Shown: in pieces, positions 18,920 to 27,771 of the stretch
Layout of the letters: the number at the start of each line of letters is the position of its first letter
How positions within the stretch are numbered: the stretch's first letter is position 1
Source of the DNA: Polyangia bacterium
GTDB taxonomy: Bacteria > Myxococcota_A > Polyangia > Fen-1088
Direction: 5' to 3'
NCBI GenBank assembly: GCA_035607055.1
Contig: DATNDC010000129.1
Span: forward strand, 8,999 to 72,998
Length of the DNA: 64,000 nucleotides
Position numbers and translations under genes: made by a program
Notes under the pieces: model-generated
Databases searched by the model: none
What the model was told of the DNA's origin: nothing
What the model saw: only the letters and a program-made list of their open reading frames with translations

Positions 18920-19854
18920 GCCTGCTTTCGATGACCGGGTTCGGGCGCGGGTCGGCGGACGCCGGCGAGCGCCGCCTGCGCGTGGAGATCCGCTCGGTGA
19001 ACCACCGGGGCCTCGACCTCAAGATCCGCAGCAGCGAGCCCGACGCCTACTGCGACGCCGAGATCGCGCGCGCCGTGCGGGCGGCCGTCGAGCGCGGCGC
19101 CATCACGGTGCAGATCCGCGACGAGTCGGCGGCGGGCTCGGCGGGGCTCGACGAGGCGCGCGTCAAAGCCCTGCACGAGGTATTGGAGCGGCTGCGGCAG
19201 GAGCTGGAGATCGAAGAGCCGGTGACGCTGGCCACGGTGGGCGCCTTCTGGGAGGCGAGCTCCAGCGCCGGCCTCTCGGGCGAGGCGCTCTGGGAGGCGC
19301 TGCGTCCGGCGGTGGCGGCGGCGCTCGAGGAGCTGGGGGCGATGCGGGCCCGCGAAGGGGCGGCGCTGGCGGCCGACCTGGGGGCGCGGCGGGCGCGTCT
19401 GGTCGAGCTCGCCGCCAGCTTGCGGGCGCGGGCGGCGGTGCTCCCCGCGCGGTTCGCCCAGCGCCTCCAGGAACGCTTGGCCAGCCAGGTCGGGATCGCG
19501 TGGACGGAGCTCGGCTCCACCGAGCGGAGTCCCGCGCGGGAGGGGGCGGGAACCCTCCCAGGGGTCCCGCGGTTGATCGACCCGGCGCGGCTGGCGCAAG
19601 AGGTGGCTCTGATGGCCGAGCGACTCGATGTCGCCGAAGAGCTGGTCCGGCTGGAGACGCACCTCGGACACCTGGCGGAGATCTTGAAGGCCGGTGGCGC
19701 GGTCGGCCGCAAGCTCGACTTCGTCATCCAGGAGGTCGGCCGCGAGCTCAACACCATCGCCTCCAAGGCCCAGGACGCCGAGATGGCGGCGCTGGTGATC
19801 GACGCCAAAGCCGAGCTCGAGAAGCTGCGCGAGCAGGCGCAGAACGTCGAGTGA
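18916..19854 (+). CDS. yicC: YicC family stress-induced protein / endoribonuclease
   Basis: N-terminal SMTGFGRG and C-terminal KLDFVIQEVGRELNTIASKA. GTG start overlaps the upstream stop (GTGA). Confidence 0.85.
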   Translation: MSLLSMTGFGRGSADAGERRLRVEIRSVNHRGLDLKIRSSEPDAYCDAEIARAVRAAVERGAITVQIRDESAAGSAGLDEARVKALHEVLERLRQELEIEEPVTLATVGAFWEASSSAGLSGEALWEALRPAVAAALEELGAMRAREGAALAADLGARRARLVELAASLRARAAVLPARFAQRLQERLASQVGIAWTELGSTERSPAREGAGTLPGVPRLIDPARLAQEVALMAERLDVAEELVRLETHLGHLAEILKAGGAVGRKLDFVIQEVGRELNTIASKAQDAEMAALVIDAKAELEKLREQAQNVE

Positions 19855-19900
19855 AGCGGCAAGCTCGGCCGTCGCCACCGGTCTGGTACAATCGCCGACG

Positions 19901-20548
19901 ATGACAGACGAGGCACGGCGCGGGATCCTGCTGGTCATTTCGTCCCCTTCGGGGGCGGGCAAGACGACGCTGGCGCACCTCTTGGCGGAGCAGGAGAGGT
20001 TGGAGTTCTCGGTTTCCTACACCACCCGCGCGGCGCGGCCCGGCGAGCGCGACGGCGTCGACTACAAGTTCATTACCGAAGACGAGTTTTCCCGGATGGT
20101 CGACAACAACGAGTTCGCCGAGTGGGCGGTGGTCCACGGCGCCCGCTACGGCACGGCCATCCACACCGTCAACCGCGCGCTGGAGGACGGCAAGGATTAC
20201 CTGTTCGACGTCGACTGGCAGGGCGGGGCGCAGATCCGGCGGCAGTGGCCCGAGGAGAGCGTGCTGGTCTTCATCCTGCCGCCCTCGATGGCCGAGCTCG
20301 AGCGCCGGCTGCGGCGCCGGGCCACGGACGCTCCCGCCGCCATCGACCGCCGGCTCTTGACCGCGACGCGCGAGCTCGAGCACTTCTCCGAGTACGACTA
20401 CCTGGTCGTCAACGACAACCTGGAAACCGCGCTCAAAGAGCTGTCATCCATATATGTAGCGGCTCGCTGCGCGCGCACGCGGCGGGGACACTACGGGCAT
20501 GCGCTGCTCGGCGAGGCGCGGACCAGGGGGCAGCCGCCCAGCCAATGA
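19901..20548 (+). CDS. gmk: Guanylate kinase
   Basis: P-loop SSPSGAGKTTL. YTTRAARPGERDGVDYKF motif. Confidence 0.95.
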   Translation: MTDEARRGILLVISSPSGAGKTTLAHLLAEQERLEFSVSYTTRAARPGERDGVDYKFITEDEFSRMVDNNEFAEWAVVHGARYGTAIHTVNRALEDGKDYLFDVDWQGGAQIRRQWPEESVLVFILPPSMAELERRLRRRATDAPAAIDRRLLTATRELEHFSEYDYLVVNDNLETALKELSSIYVAARCARTRRGHYGHALLGEARTRGQPPSQ

Positions 20549-22698
20549 CGGAAGTTCAAGAGATCTGCGCGCAAGTTCGGGGCTACGACGCCGCCGCGGA
20601 CACCAGCCTCATCGAGCGCAGCTTCGCCTTCGCCGCCGAGCGCCACGCCGGCCAGAAGCGCCGCTCGGGTGAGCCGTACGTGGTCCACCCGGTCGGCGTG
20701 GCCCGCATCATCTCCGAGCTGCGTCTCGACGTCCCCTCGGTCTGCGCGGGGCTGCTGCACGATTGCGTGGAGGACACCAGCGCCACGGCCGAGGACATCG
20801 GGCGGCTGTTCGGCACCGAGATCCAGTTCCTGGTCGAGGGGGTCACCAAGCTGGGGCAGATCCCCTGGACCACGCGCGAAGAGCGCCAGGCGGAGAACTT
20901 CCGCAAGATGCTGCTGGCGATGGCGCGCGACATCCGCGTCATCCTCATCAAGCTCGCCGACCGCGTCGACAACATGCGGACGCTCGAGCACATGCCGCGC
21001 GACAAGCAGGAGCGGATCGCGCGCGAGACGATGGAGATCTACGCGCCGCTCGCCAACCGGCTCGGTATCCAGTGGATGAAAGTCGAGCTCGAGGACCTGG
21101 CCTTTCGCTACCTCGATCCGACCGAGCACGGGAACCTGGTGGCGCGGCTGGCCGAGACGGCCGGCTCGCGCGACTCGTACATCGCCGAGGTCGTCGAGCG
21201 GCTCAAGACGGTGCTCGCCGAGTCGGACGTCAAGGCGCAGGTCTACGGCCGCGCCAAACACCTCTGGTCGATCTTCCAGAAGATGAAGAAGACCGGTCGC
21301 GACGTGGAGCAGATCTACGACGTGCTGGCCTTCCGGGTGATCACCGAGTCGGTGCGCGACTGCTACGCCGTGCTGGGCGTCGTCCACTCCAACTGGACGC
21401 CGGTCCCGGGGCGCTTCAAGGACTTCATCGCGCTGCCGAAGCCGAACCTCTATCAGTCGCTGCACACCACGGTGATCGGGCCGCGCGCCGAGCGGATGGA
21501 GGTGCAGATCCGGACCCAGGAGATGCACCGCATCGCCGAGCAGGGGATCGCCGCCCACTGGAAATACAAAGAGCAGAAGACGCCGGGCGCCGACGACGGC
21601 AAGGCGTTCGCCTGGCTGCGCCAGCTGATGGAGTGGCAGCGCGATCTGAAAGATCCGACCGAGTTCATCGAGACGGTCAAGATCGACCTCTTCCAGGACG
21701 AGGTCTTCGTCTTCACGCCCAAGGGGGACGTCAAGGCGCTCCCCAAGGGCTCGACGCCCATCGACCTCGCCTACGCCATTCACTCGCAGGTCGGCGAGCA
21801 CTGCTCGGGCGCGCGCGTGAACGGGCTCATCGTCCCCTTGCGCTACGCGCTCCGCAACGGCGACACCGTCGAGATCCTCGCCTCGGCCAACCAGAAGCCG
21901 TCGAAGGACTGGCTCAAGTTCGTCGTCACCAGCCGCGCCCGCACCAAGATCCGCCACTTCATCCGGATGGAGCAGCGCGAGCGCAGCCGCCAGATGGGGC
22001 GCGATCTGCTGGGCCGCGAGCTGCGCAAGCAGGACGCCGCGCTCGCCTCGGCGGAACGCGAGGGGCTGCTCGACTCGGCGGCGCAGCGCTTGCGCCTCGG
22101 CACCGCCGACGATCTGCTGGTCGCCGTCGGGTACGGCAAGGTCAGCCCCAGCCACGCCGCCGACGCCGTGCTGGTCGACCGGGTGGCGAGCGGCGCCGCC
22201 GCGCCCGTCGCCCACGCCACGGAGATCCCCGCCGCCGCCCGCCGGCCGGTCCCCAAGCGGTCGATCGGCGGCATCAAGGTCCAGGGGGAGGCGGACATCC
22301 TGGTCAAGTTCGCCAAGTGCTGCTCGCCGGTGCCCGGCGACTCGATCGTCGGCTTCATCAGCCGCGGCCACGGCGTCGTCATCCACACCCGCGACTGCCC
22401 GAAGGCGCTCGACCTCGATCCTGCCCGCCGCGTCGACGTCGCCTGGGACGACGAGGCCAAGACGCTCCGCCCGGTCGCGGTCCAGGTCACCTGCTCGGAC
22501 CGCCCGGGGCTGCTGGCCGCGATGTCCAAGCTCTTCACGGAGCACGGGGTCAACATCTCGCAGGCCAAGTGCCGGACGACCGAGGATGGCCGGGCGGTGA
22601 ACACCTTCCAGGTCACGGTCGGCCACCTCGACCAGCTCAAGACCGTGCTCCGCAACCTGGAGACGATCCAGGGAGTGGTCTCGGCGACCCGGCTGTGA
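20545..22698 (+). CDS. relA: Bifunctional (p)ppGpp synthetase/hydrolase (RelA/SpoT homolog)
   Basis: Start set at ATG 20545 (ATGA overlap with gmk). HD domain (HAGQKRRSGEPYVVHPVGVA, HDCVEDT), RelA/SpoT synthetase region (YRSLHTTV-like YQSLHTTVIG), TGS domain and C-terminal ACT domain. Confidence 0.95.
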   Translation: MTEVQEICAQVRGYDAAADTSLIERSFAFAAERHAGQKRRSGEPYVVHPVGVARIISELRLDVPSVCAGLLHDCVEDTSATAEDIGRLFGTEIQFLVEGVTKLGQIPWTTREERQAENFRKMLLAMARDIRVILIKLADRVDNMRTLEHMPRDKQERIARETMEIYAPLANRLGIQWMKVELEDLAFRYLDPTEHGNLVARLAETAGSRDSYIAEVVERLKTVLAESDVKAQVYGRAKHLWSIFQKMKKTGRDVEQIYDVLAFRVITESVRDCYAVLGVVHSNWTPVPGRFKDFIALPKPNLYQSLHTTVIGPRAERMEVQIRTQEMHRIAEQGIAAHWKYKEQKTPGADDGKAFAWLRQLMEWQRDLKDPTEFIETVKIDLFQDEVFVFTPKGDVKALPKGSTPIDLAYAIHSQVGEHCSGARVNGLIVPLRYALRNGDTVEILASANQKPSKDWLKFVVTSRARTKIRHFIRMEQRERSRQMGRDLLGRELRKQDAALASAEREGLLDSAAQRLRLGTADDLLVAVGYGKVSPSHAADAVLVDRVASGAAAPVAHATEIPAAARRPVPKRSIGGIKVQGEADILVKFAKCCSPVPGDSIVGFISRGHGVVIHTRDCPKALDLDPARRVDVAWDDEAKTLRPVAVQVTCSDRPGLLAAMSKLFTEHGVNISQAKCRTTEDGRAVNTFQVTVGHLDQLKTVLRNLETIQGVVSATRL

Positions 22699-22713
22699 TA
22701 GAAGGCCGCCGTC

Positions 22714-22860
22714 ATGGCTTCGAACACACGAAAGACTTGGAAGCGCCGGGTGCGCAAGCACTCCAACATGGGAAACAAGCGCAAGGCCGTCGAGTCCAAG
22801 CGCTCGACCCCTTCGGCCGAGAAGCTCTTCGCCGACCTCGGCGAGCCCGGCAAGGCCTAG
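22714..22860 (+). CDS. Candidate small basic protein (48 aa), below the ORF-track cutoff
   Basis: ATG 22714 follows gaagg by 8-9 nt. Product is MASNTRKTWKRRVRKHSNMGNKRKAVESKRSTPSAEKLFADLGEPGKA, with mostly G/C third positions. Confidence 0.35.
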   Translation: MASNTRKTWKRRVRKHSNMGNKRKAVESKRSTPSAEKLFADLGEPGKA

Positions 22861-23031
22861 GCCTGGCCCGAGGTGCCAGCCCAGGCAGGCGCGGCGCCCC
22901 TCCTTCCCCGTTGGGGGTGGGGGCAATTATTGATCTTGTCGCCGAAGTGTGTGTTAACTAGGGTTTGACGTCGCGCGACGATCGGCGACCTCGCTGCTTG
23001 CTCGTCATCAGGTCGTGAGGCCAGGAGCCGG

Positions 23032-25053
23032 ATGAAAGTCTGCCCGAACTGCCAGACCAAGTATCCCGACGACGCCAACTTCTGCCCGCAAGAGACCTGC
23101 GCCACGCCCACGGGGCCGCGCCGGTTGGAGGTCATCTCCGCGCCGCCCGCCGCGCGCTACGAGCCCGCCGCGCGCTACGAGATGGAAGGGCAGATCGGCG
23201 GCACGCGCAGCGGCGAGGTCTTCCGCGCCCGCGACACGCAGACGAGCGCCAACGTCGTCTACAAGCGGGTCACGCGCGCGGTCCTGACCTCGCCCGCGGT
23301 GGTCGAACGTTCGCAGCGCGAGCTCAAACAGCTCCAGCGCGCACAGAGCGTCCGGGTGGCTCGGGTCCTCGACTTCGGCAAGGAGCCGGACGGCCAGCTG
23401 TTCGTGGTCACGGAGCTCTGCGAGGGGAAGACGCTCACCGAGGTGGTCGCGGCGTCGGGAGCGTTCCCGCTGGAGCGGGCCAAGAAGATCGCCGCGCAGA
23501 TCGGGGAGGCGCTCCTCGAAGGTCAGAAGGTCGGCGTCGTCCACCACGATCTCGCCCCCAAGAACGTGCTCGTCACCGCCGACGACCAGGTCAAGCTGAT
23601 CAACTTCGTGGCTCCGGTGCCCGTCACCGAGACCGTCTTCGGCGTCCCCGAGTACCTCTCGCCCGAGCAGGCCGAAGGGAAGCTCGTCGACCAGCGGTCG
23701 AACACCTATAGCCTGGCCGGCATCATGCTCTTCATGCTGACCGGGCAGCCGCCGGTCGAGGGGGCCAATCCGGGCGCGGTGCTGGCCGAGGTCCTCAAGG
23801 GGACGGTCGTTCCGCCCAGCCTGCGCGTGCAGGGCCTCAACGCCGAGGTCGACCGGGTGATCATGAAGGCGATGGACAAGAGCCCCAACCGCCGCCCGCT
23901 CACGCTGCGGCAGTTCCTGACCGACGTGGCGGGGATGATGGCGGCGGCCTCGACCAGCGACTCGGCCAAGGGGGTCGGCTTCGCCAAGACGATGATGTTC
24001 GCCGGCGGCTCGGCCGAGGCGCAGAACCTGGTCAAGCAGGCGCTGGCGGCGCGGGCCGAGGCCAACGGTGCGGCGCCCCCCGCCACCGGGCCGAACGTCA
24101 CGCAGCCGATCGCGCTGGTCGCCTCCGAGCAGCCGCGTGATCCCAACGCCACGCCGCCACCGGTCGCGCCGCTGCCCGGCGCCGAGCCGCCGGGGCCACG
24201 CCGGACGCACGGCGCCGCCATCGCGGCGACGATGGTCGCGCTGCCAGCGGCCGGCAAGCTCTCGAGCTCGATTCCGGGCGCCTTGGGCCGGCCCGCCGAC
24301 GTGGGCGACAGCGGCTCGATGCAGGTGACGCCGCCGCCCGTGGCTGCCGCGCCGCCGCCGGCCGCCGGGGCCGGGCCGGCCAGGGCGACGGGCGCCGCGG
24401 CATTTCGTGAAACGCTCTGGTTCAAGCAGGGGGACGTCGACCAGATGGTGGCCGACGCCCGCGCCAAGCTCGAAACGGCGCGCGCCAAAGGGGTGCCGGC
24501 GCCGGGGCCGGAGCCCGAGGTGCCGCCGGTCGACGCGAAGCCACTCGATGAGCGCTACCGCGACGACGGGTCACTGTCCGTGGATGACCGCAAGAAGTAC
24601 TCGCTGCGATCGGGGGCGACCAGCGCCGCGCTCCCCACGGTGGGCGGCGTCGTCCCCGGCGACCGGATGAGCGCGGAAGAAATGATGGGCGAGATCGGCG
24701 GTGGCAAGCGGACTGCCATCATCGTCGCCGCCCTGGCGGTGGTGGTCGCCGTCGTGATCGGCCTCTACCTCACGTTCCGCGGAAAGCACGTCGCGCAGAG
24801 CGCGGCCGCGCTGACGCCGGTTCAGGTCCCCACCGCGGCGCCGCCCGCGCCTCCGCCTCCGCCTCCCGCGGCCGTTCCCGCGGCGCCGGCGGCCGTTGCA
24901 CCGGCCAAGGCGGCCGCAGCGCCGGCCAAGGCCGCCGCTGCGCCGGCCAAGGCCGCCGACGACGAGGAAGAAGATCAGCCTGCGGCGAAGGGGCATCCTG
25001 CGGCGGCCAAGAAGCACTCCGCCAAGAAGTCGAAGGGCAAGAAGCACCACTAG
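23032..25053 (+). CDS. Zinc-ribbon / Ser-Thr-kinase-like (probable pseudokinase) membrane protein with Ala/Pro/Lys-rich tail
   Basis: N-terminal CPNC..x..CPQETC zinc ribbon. Kinase fold retains VVYK and SPE motifs, but HRDLKPxN reads HHDLAPKN and DFG reads NFV. TM helix TAIIVAALAVVVAVVIGLYLTF. Tail contains (AAPAKAA)x3 and KKHSAKKSKGKKHH. Confidence 0.85.
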   Translation: MKVCPNCQTKYPDDANFCPQETCATPTGPRRLEVISAPPAARYEPAARYEMEGQIGGTRSGEVFRARDTQTSANVVYKRVTRAVLTSPAVVERSQRELKQLQRAQSVRVARVLDFGKEPDGQLFVVTELCEGKTLTEVVAASGAFPLERAKKIAAQIGEALLEGQKVGVVHHDLAPKNVLVTADDQVKLINFVAPVPVTETVFGVPEYLSPEQAEGKLVDQRSNTYSLAGIMLFMLTGQPPVEGANPGAVLAEVLKGTVVPPSLRVQGLNAEVDRVIMKAMDKSPNRRPLTLRQFLTDVAGMMAAASTSDSAKGVGFAKTMMFAGGSAEAQNLVKQALAARAEANGAAPPATGPNVTQPIALVASEQPRDPNATPPPVAPLPGAEPPGPRRTHGAAIAATMVALPAAGKLSSSIPGALGRPADVGDSGSMQVTPPPVAAAPPPAAGAGPARATGAAAFRETLWFKQGDVDQMVADARAKLETARAKGVPAPGPEPEVPPVDAKPLDERYRDDGSLSVDDRKKYSLRSGATSAALPTVGGVVPGDRMSAEEMMGEIGGGKRTAIIVAALAVVVAVVIGLYLTFRGKHVAQSAAALTPVQVPTAAPPAPPPPPPAAVPAAPAAVAPAKAAAAPAKAAAAPAKAADDEEEDQPAAKGHPAAAKKHSAKKSKGKKHH

Positions 25054-25068
25054 GGCGCTTCCGCCCGC

Positions 25069-25680
25069 TCAGAGCAGGCGGTCGACCGCACCGGCGACGG
25101 CGGCCGCGACCCCCGCGATTGACCCGCTGGCGTCGAGGATGAGGGCGCGCGGGTCGGCGGCGCAGAGCTCGCGGTAGCGGGCGGCGACGCGCGCCTGGAC
25201 CTCGTCGGCGTCGTAGCGCTCGTCGGGGCGGCCGGCGGCGCGCCGGCGGGCGGCGGCGACGGCGACGGGAACGTCGAGGAGCAGGGTGAGGTCGGGCTGG
25301 CGCAGCTCGCGCGCGAGGCCGGCGACCCAGGCGCGATCGGCCTCCTGCGCCTGATAGGCGAGCGACGACATCAGGTAGCGGTCCGAGACGACGTCGGCCC
25401 CGGCGCCGAGCGCGGGATCGATCTCGCGCGTCAGGTGATCGCGTCGATCCGCGGCGAACAGCAGCGCCATGGCCGGACCATCGGCGGGCCGGCCGTCGGG
25501 CAGCTTGTGTCCGCCGAGCAGGATCTCCCGCAGCAGCCGGCCGACGGGGCCCTGGCTCGGCTCGCGGGTGGTGTGCACGCGCCGCCCGCGCCCCTCGAGG
25601 TGGCGCTCGAGCAGCGGGAGCTGAGTGGTGGTGCCCGAGCCGTCGATCCCTTCGAGCACGATGAACAGGGGAGGGGTCAT
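25069..25680 (-). CDS. tmk: Thymidylate kinase
   Basis: Start set at ATG 25680, giving MTPPLFIVLEGIDGSGTTTQ (P-loop). The upstream part of the track ORF runs through the repeat element. Confidence 0.9.
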   Translation of the reverse strand: MTPPLFIVLEGIDGSGTTTQLPLLERHLEGRGRRVHTTREPSQGPVGRLLREILLGGHKLPDGRPADGPAMALLFAADRRDHLTREIDPALGAGADVVSDRYLMSSLAYQAQEADRAWVAGLARELRQPDLTLLLDVPVAVAAARRRAAGRPDERYDADEVQARVAARYRELCAADPRALILDASGSIAGVAAAVAGAVDRLL

Positions 25681-25753
25681 GTCGCCCTTGAGTAAAACGC
25701 CTCTCCGATCTACACGACAGAGCGCGGTGGCGAGAAGACGAATCCTCCTTTTC

Positions 25754-25825
25754 GGGAACCCTGGGAGGGTTCCCGAACCCTCCCGCGACGAGCTCCGGCG
25801 AGCCAAGCTCGCCTTCGCTCACGCG
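25754..25825 (-). repeat. Intergenic repeat family, copy B (72 nt, inverted orientation)
   Basis: The reverse complement cgcgtgagcgaaggcgagcttggctcgccggagctcgtcgcgggagggttcgggaaccctcccagggttccc matches 61305-61376 with 3 mismatches. None of them disrupts a stem: one is 5' of hairpin 1, one is in the hairpin-1 loop and one is in the hairpin-2 loop. Confidence 0.85.
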
Positions 25826-25831
25826 TCGCTC

Positions 25832-27271
25832 TTGGTGGCGCTCGCGGCGGCGCTGGTGGCGCCTGCGGAGGGCTGCCGCCGTTCGCGCGGCCGTTCGGCG
25901 GCCCCCAACACCTCGTCGTCGTTCATCGACGCGCGCGACGTTCGCTGCGTCGAGCGACCGGAGGGGTGCGTCTGGTGCGAAGGCCGCGGGCCGACGCCGC
26001 CGCTCGTCGAGCCCGACGCCGTCCCGCCCTCGCTCTGCGATCCCAAGGATCCGGGAAACTGCGTCGACTTCTGTTCGCACCTGGCCCCCGAGTGCGCCGT
26101 CCCCTGGCGGACGGTGCCGAGCTGCCTGCTTCCGACGGAGCAGGAGTTCCGCCGCGAGGTCTTCCGGCGCGACACCGCCGACCGCCCGGAGGCGATCGTG
26201 CAAGGGCGCGTCACCGACGAGTCGGGGCGGCGGATCGAAGGGGCCAAGGTGCGGGTCTGGTTCCAGGGGACTGACATCCTGGACGACACCTCGGGCAAGG
26301 ACGGCAGCTATCATCTCCGGCTGCGCGCCGGCCCCTGGAGCTACACCTTGCGCGTGAGCCACGCCGGCCTGGCCACCGAGATCGCCGACCTGAAAATCGA
26401 CCGCGCGGGGAACACGCTGCGGAACTTCCGCCTCGCGCCCGAGTCGACCATCCGCGGGCGCGTCACCAGCAGCACCGGCGACCCGATCGGCGGCGTCGCC
26501 ATCCACGCCGTGCGCAGCCCCGACGACCTGGTCGACGCCGGCGAGGCGCAGAGCGCGGACGACGGCACGTACGTCATCGCGGGGCTGGACGTCAAACGTT
26601 ACTTCCTGCGCGCCTCGAAGTTCGGGTGGCTGCCGCAGATGCTCAAGTGGGGCGTGATGGCGCCGGCGACGCGGGTGGGGTTCAAGATGGTCCGCGCCGG
26701 CGTCATCGAGGGACGCGTGCTGGACGCCGACGGCGAAGGGCAGGCCAACGCGACCGTGGTGGCGCTCCCCTCGGCCAGCGGCGGCAACGCCGCCTCACCG
26801 ATCATCTGGGCGGTCGACAGCGAGGGGAAGTTCGCCCAGGATCGCTTCGAGCCGGGGACCTATTACCTCTGGGCGCGGCGCGGGGAGATGCTGGTCTTCC
26901 CGCCCGAGAAGATCGAGATCAGCGACACCAACCTCGACGCGCAGATCGAGCTCAAGCTGACGCAGAAGGGGGCGCGCGTGCGCGGGCGCATCGTCACCCG
27001 CGGCGGCTCGACCCTCGATCCGGACACGCGCGCGGTCCTGTTCGGACAGTCGCCGCTGGCGCTGCCGCGCAAGGCCGTCGGCGAGGTCGACCACGACGGG
27101 GCATTCACCGTGGGGGCGCTCTTGCCGGGACGCTACGAGATCTCGGTCCGGGTCGGCGCGCGGACGCTCCCCATCATCAGCGGCCCGCGCGAGGTGGAGA
27201 TCCCGATCGAACCAGGCGCCACGGTCGATCTGCCGGACACGATCGTCGTTCGCCCGCAGGCGGAGGAGTAG
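25832..27271 (+). CDS. Secreted protein with repeated carboxypeptidase-regulatory-like (CarboxypepD_reg) domains
   Basis: Four repeats of the (I/V)xGRVxDxxGxPIxGAxV type (VQGRVTDESGRRIEGAKVRV, IRGRVTSSTGDPIGGVAIHA, IEGRVLDADGEGQANATVVA, VRGRIVTRGGSTL). The start is uncertain: in-frame TTG 25832 or GTG 25835 precedes LVALAAALVAPAEGC. Track start 25625 would read through tmk and the repeat. Confidence 0.7.
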   Translation: MVALAAALVAPAEGCRRSRGRSAAPNTSSSFIDARDVRCVERPEGCVWCEGRGPTPPLVEPDAVPPSLCDPKDPGNCVDFCSHLAPECAVPWRTVPSCLLPTEQEFRREVFRRDTADRPEAIVQGRVTDESGRRIEGAKVRVWFQGTDILDDTSGKDGSYHLRLRAGPWSYTLRVSHAGLATEIADLKIDRAGNTLRNFRLAPESTIRGRVTSSTGDPIGGVAIHAVRSPDDLVDAGEAQSADDGTYVIAGLDVKRYFLRASKFGWLPQMLKWGVMAPATRVGFKMVRAGVIEGRVLDADGEGQANATVVALPSASGGNAASPIIWAVDSEGKFAQDRFEPGTYYLWARRGEMLVFPPEKIEISDTNLDAQIELKLTQKGARVRGRIVTRGGSTLDPDTRAVLFGQSPLALPRKAVGEVDHDGAFTVGALLPGRYEISVRVGARTLPIISGPREVEIPIEPGATVDLPDTIVVRPQAEE

Positions 27272-27286
27272 CGCGCCCGCGCGCGA

Positions 27287-27712
27287 TCAGTGCAGGACGC
27301 GCATGCGCGACAGACAGTCCGCGAGCACGCGGTGGCTCTCGTTCTCGAACGAGGTGAAGCGGACCGCCATCCCGGAGACGGCGCGGCTCGTGCCGGCTTG
27401 GGTGAAGTTGATGAAGTAGTGGTTCTTGACCTCGCCGGTCGCCACCACCTCGCCGATGCCGTCGGGCGCGAGGAAACAGACGCGCACCGAGGCGCCGAGC
27501 GGGAGAGGGTCGGGCAGCTCGAGGAAGATCCCGCCCGCGGAGACATTGCGGGCGATGCAATAAGTCTCGCCGAACAGCAGCGACTCGACGCGAACCGTGA
27601 ACATCTTGTCGAACCGGAGATGTGCCCGCTGGTCCCGGAGGGCGTCGTCGGGGGCGGCGGGGGAGGTCTCTCCGGAAGGGGAATCGAAGTTCGACATGCA
27701 GCCATCGTACAT
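27287..27712 (-). CDS. PilZ domain protein (c-di-GMP binding type)
   Basis: RAHLR (RxxxR) followed by NVSAGGIF (D/NxSxxG). An alternative start lies at ATG 27696. Confidence 0.8.
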   Translation of the reverse strand: MYDGCMSNFDSPSGETSPAAPDDALRDQRAHLRFDKMFTVRVESLLFGETYCIARNVSAGGIFLELPDPLPLGASVRVCFLAPDGIGEVVATGEVKNHYFINFTQAGTSRAVSGMAVRFTSFENESHRVLADCLSRMRVLH

Positions 27713-27735
27713 TGTCGTGAGATGAAGTCAAAAAA

Positions 27736-27747
27736 CCTACATGTAGG
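27736..27747. promoter_or_regulatory. Perfect 12-bp palindrome CCTACATGTAGG in the pilZ/vanZ divergent spacer
   Basis: Seen directly. It sits centrally in the 59-bp AT-richer spacer between divergent starts 27712 and 27772. A role as an operator is speculative. Confidence 0.2.
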
Positions 27748-27771
27748 ATAACTGGGGATAGTCGACGCGCC

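Noticed and set aside
22714-22860. Whether the small ORF after relA could be the missing rpoZ
   Set aside because: The sequence has none of the conserved omega-subunit N-terminal pattern (..VTVEDC..NRF.L...A.KRAR..) and is too short.
25625-25831. Track start (25625) and ATG 25679 for the CarboxypepD_reg-repeat gene
   Set aside because: Either would overlap the tmk coding region or start and translate the dispersed repeat element. An in-frame TTG/GTG at 25832/25835 just before the signal peptide is more plausible, though still uncertain.
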